A stretch of DNA of 64,000 nucleotides, taken from assembly GCA_030248215.1 (NCBI GenBank), contig JASANG010002792.1, positions 558,001-622,000 on the forward strand, written 5' to 3'. Origin of the DNA: Enoplolaimus lenunculus (Eukaryota). Position numbers and translations under genes: made by a program. The notes below the pieces were generated by a model, which worked only from the letters and a program-made list of their open reading frames with translations, was not told the origin of the DNA and searched no databases. The number at the start of each line of letters is the position of its first letter. Positions within the stretch are counted from its first letter, which is position 1. Positions 60,053-64,000 of the stretch are shown piece after piece.

Positions 60053-63000
60053 ATGGCGTCCGAACAGCATGTTTACGAATTTTGGACGGAACAATCTAAA
60101 TCGGCAACAGTTGAAACAATGATGCTTAATCCGAATGCAAAATCGATTGATGATGCCGACCGAATGGACGTTCTTGATGGCTTACCGCCTGCAATTGAAA
60201 CGATGCGTGTGCTTGAATTAGGCGCTGGCATTGGGTAATACAGTGTAAAGATTAAGGGTTGCGCTATACTCACCGTGCGCTGTTGGAAGCCGGCGCGCGG
60301 CACGGTAATTTGGGCGGACACCGCCGCTGGACGCCGCTGGACGTCGACGTCCGGCTTAGTAAACTATAATGCGACCTTAATTCCTTTGAGAACCGCGTTT
60401 TAAGTACAGAAATTAAATGCTTTTTAGTTAAGCCTTTTGTACAGCGGTCAGCCCGCAAAAGCTTCGTGTTACGTGTTATTCCAAACCTCAAAATTATGTC
60501 ATTACCTATTTAACAAGTAAACACCGGCCCAAGTTCGAAGTCGAATTTTACCAACACCATTGTGGTTCAGCAACATTTGATTTCGTTGAATGTTGAAGCG
60601 AAATGGAATTTTGCTTTTAACTGCCTGCGAAGGCAAATTTGTTTGCAGTCGGACAAAATGGGTTCGTTTTGTTGCACTTGAAATGTTTGTTGAATTTTAA
60701 TTTGCACTCGTTTACTTCGAATTTCTACCAACAAAAAGTCACCCACACTCGTTTATTTTAACCAATGTTCACGAATCAAATGAATGTAGGACCGATCAGC
60801 AGTTGACGATAGGTTCTGTTAATTTCGAACCAGTCAATGAAGAACTTAAAAATGAGGCTGGTTTTGCAATTTGATTGGTCATACTTGTGGGCCAAGTTTG
60901 AAGCATTTATAGTTGCTTCAGTTTGCTTGTTTGAAAACCCTATTGCTAACTGTTGGGAGGTACACATCTACTAATACGGTCTTTGATGTTAAATACTAGT
61001 GTGGCAGAGTAAACAAGTGCCTTTTTTGAGAAAATATTTGTTTGTTGTGTGGGGAAAGTGTCTCTTAGGCTCAACCTCTGAAAAAACTTCGGCCCCTTAG
61101 AAAATGTTCAACCTTGCTTTTAAGTCATTACAAACCATTTTGTATGTAACTCCTGAAAAAAATTAAACCCCGCCCCCCCAAGCAAAATGGGCTCGCTACG
61201 AGCCCGCTTTGTAAACAGTACAGTATTGCTTTAAATTTAAGACGATTCACTCAGCCACTTGCTGCACGTGCCAAACGTGTTCATGCAACAGATTTCATGG
61301 AGTCGTTTATTAGTAAAAACAAAGAATCACATGCTGAGAGATATCCTAATATTACGTTTGAAGTTGGAAATTGTGTCGATATGGAAATTTCTAAAAATAG
61401 GTAAAAAGGGGTTGTTTCACTAATTGCCATTGAAACAAGATTCGGTGCAAAATCATGCTGTCGTCAAGGGCTGTTTCTGAACTATTTGTAGTGTCATAAA
61501 ATAAATTTTGCTTTTGAAATGTCTTCGACTTGTTTAGCATGCCGGTACAAATAATCCACAGTAAAATAGCAGGATGCAACAGATGGAAAACTTAACCAAA
61601 TGTTCTCAAAAATTATTTAATTATTTGGTTACAGTTACTTTTTTGAGAGTTGGGCAATTAAAGTTTCAAAACATGTATTTTATAGATATTTTGTACATAT
61701 ATTATGTATATATTGTATATACTAGGTAGCCGATGTTGTGCAATGCGCAAAAGTTAGCAAATGCACAAACATTTTCATGCAGGTTTTCTTTTCATAGAAC
61801 GATTACGCTTACGTTTTAAGAATTCATTGTAAGCAAAGTAATGCTGGAACGTTGCCCAAAATACGTATGTGGGGCATTCCAGCTTTAATATACTGATTAA
61901 TGTATATAAATATATTTATTTTCGTTTTGAAATAATTTTGCGTTAATATTTCAGTTACGATTTGGTTTTTTCCAACTGGCTTTTAATGTATTTGTCTGAC
62001 CATCAAATTGCATCACTGCTCCTCAATATCGTGCGTTGGTTAACGCCAGGTGGATACTTGTTGCTAAGAGAATCTTGCACAGATTCGTCAAGTATGTAAA
62101 CCCGTAGCTTAGCCCAGCTTTTTAGAGCTTTAGTAATTGCTATAGTAATTTTAGAAGGAACATCGTGGAATTTTGCAAAATTCACAAACAGGGCCAAAAT
62201 TCTTGTCAAGCGGCCTAAATTTATCTCCAGGTGTGATAGGTGTGATTCTACCTGTCAGTTGCTTCCAACTAGTTGGCTAGAAAACACTTTGCGAGCATCA
62301 AATGAATCTTATATATCATACAATTTTCAGCCCGGTATAACTTGTGGAAGGGGTACATCCTCGTCATACCTCCCTAGATACATCGTTGTTGTTATGGTTC
62401 TTGTGTACGTTTTTCAGCACGCAACAAATCAACTGATATTTCCGAGAATCCAACCAATTATCGCCACGTGTACCAGTATTTACAACTGCTGAACTGTATC
62501 GGTTACAAAGACGATAAGTCCGACACACTTTGGACGTTTCAAATATTATGGTCGAAATCTATAAACACTTATATTCGAGTATGAGTTATGTTTTCATAAA
62601 AATGGCTGTAGTATGCATTGGGAGTTTGTATAACCGTTTATATGTGATCTTATAAATATTCAAGAGCCGTTTCTTTTGTCACGAATGTCATTCGCTTTAC
62701 TAAATCAAAGTAGTTGCAGTCCGAATGGGATGTGAATAAAGATTTTTTACCCGACTCGCACTTTGCCTACGCAAACAATAATTTCATACCCACGGGTATA
62801 CCCGCGCAAAAAAGATCTAACCACGACCCGCCTTTTACCCGCACCTGAAGTTACACCAGTATTTTAATGATCACACGTGATTTGCACGTTAATGAAGTAT
62901 TTCGGCTTACCGCTCAAATGAATTTTACGCATGAAAGCGTACTAGAAACAACAAAACTTCAAACATAACAAAATAAAGCAATAAAGCACGGGTAGCACCT

Positions 63001-63493
63001 GACGGGTATACCCGCGCGTCAAATTCTTTACCCGACCCGCGTTTACCCGCGGGTAATGTCTCACTCTGGTTGCCATATTTGGACATCTAATTCGCCTTTG
63101 TGAAAAACTATTATCTGTATCTATTTATTAGTTATTATGTTTCTAACGTGGACACTTAGTTGAAACAATACTTAAATTGCGTTAACGATCTAGCATTGTT
63201 CAAAAATTACAATTTCAAATCAATTTAACTTTCTACTAAAATCAAAAGAAACATGCAATGGGTAATGCAAAAAAATTTATCCTATCCAGGTCAAACACAA
63301 TTGGAGACAGTGTCAAATGTTGGTCAAGAAAGTTCCTATGACAGCTGTATCCGGTTCGCTTACGGTTGCTACCGTTGATGCTCTCCAGACTATGCTCGAC
63401 GAAAGTGGTACCAGACATGCGACCCTGCGTGGGTGGCTGACAAAAACTTTGGCAAACAAATCTCGCCCTGATCGAGAGCAGAGATTAATAAAG
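60053..63493 (+). CDS. pmt-1: Phosphoethanolamine N-methyltransferase (PMT-1-like), 3'-partial
   Basis: Exons 60053-60234, 61242-61400, 61955-62091, 62418-62578, 63290-63493 with consistent phases. Contains ATVETMML, SAM motif VLELGAGIGRFT, DFMESFI, YDLVFSNWLLMYLSD, GGYLLLRESC, NPTNYR and NWRQ. Orthology to pmt-1 is by motif recognition only. Confidence 0.88.
62745..63068. repeat. tacccg-rich MITE-like repeat
   Basis: Repeated tacccg/cgggta motifs; related segment at about 52863-52980. Confidence 0.5.
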
Positions 63494-63823
63494 GTTTGTG
63501 ATGGAGTTGAAGCTGCTAACGTTTGATGTGCGTACAATGCTAAAGTGTAATTCTGACGCAATATTTGTTATGGTTCAGATGGGGTTATACTCGCCGCTTG
63601 GTGCCACACGCTGCCGCGCAGACGCCTTGTGTCGTGTCAAAAACTAAATTTTGAAGCAAAATACACGGTAAACCGGACGTCTACGGCGCGAAACATTTAA
63701 CACAGCATGTTTGAACGTTTAGTTTGTGGGTATGCGCGATGTAGATTGTGTATGTGCAGAGTGCGTAATGTTAAGACACAAACATACTAATGCGCATATA
63801 GCACCAGAGTAAATTACGATATC

Positions 63824-63896
63824 GGCCGCGTGGTGTAATGGGTAGCGCGCTTGACTCGCGCGCGAGAGTTCCGAGGTTCGATTCCCGGCGTGGCCA
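63824..63896 (+). repeat. tRNA-like element (probable tRNA-derived SINE head or pseudo-tRNA)
   Basis: Acceptor stem GGCCGCG/CGTGGCC-A, A-box tggtgtaatgg, B-box ggttcgattcc; anticodon and T stems are imperfect and no T-run terminator follows. Confidence 0.6.
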
Positions 63897-64000
63897 TATG
63901 TCTCGGAGAAATTTAGGGGGAAAACCATGTATATTTACAGTACTTCGAGGAAAGGGGTAGTCCCGACCATGCAGTTCCGACATCAACTTTTATAATTCAA

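Overview
AT-rich, intron-rich animal genomic DNA, probably from a nematode. The organism call is an inference from TTAGGC-type repeats, TTTCAG acceptors and a PMT-1-like gene. Host genes built by hand from splice signals: a partial orphan secreted Cys-rich gene (minus strand, runs off the left edge), PSMC5/Rpt6 (+, 12 exons, one GC-AG intron), mitochondrial ribosomal protein L11 (-, 5 exons), TBC1D8/9-family Rab-GAP (+, head-to-head with MRPL11) and the 5' part of a phosphoethanolamine N-methyltransferase (+). Introns and intergenic DNA contain hAT-type MITEs with 8-bp TSDs, telomere-repeat-carrying MITEs, Helentron-like elements, tRNA-derived SINE heads and a decayed LINE. The standout is an apparently intact ~6 kb L1/Tx1-clade retrotransposon (about 40253-46249). 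Its ORF1 has RRM-like domains, a CCHC knuckle and poly-Q, followed by a C-terminal NADAR (YbiA-like) domain, suggesting a retroelement-borne ADP-ribose/N-glycosidase counter-defence module. All calls are by eye; no database searches were run.
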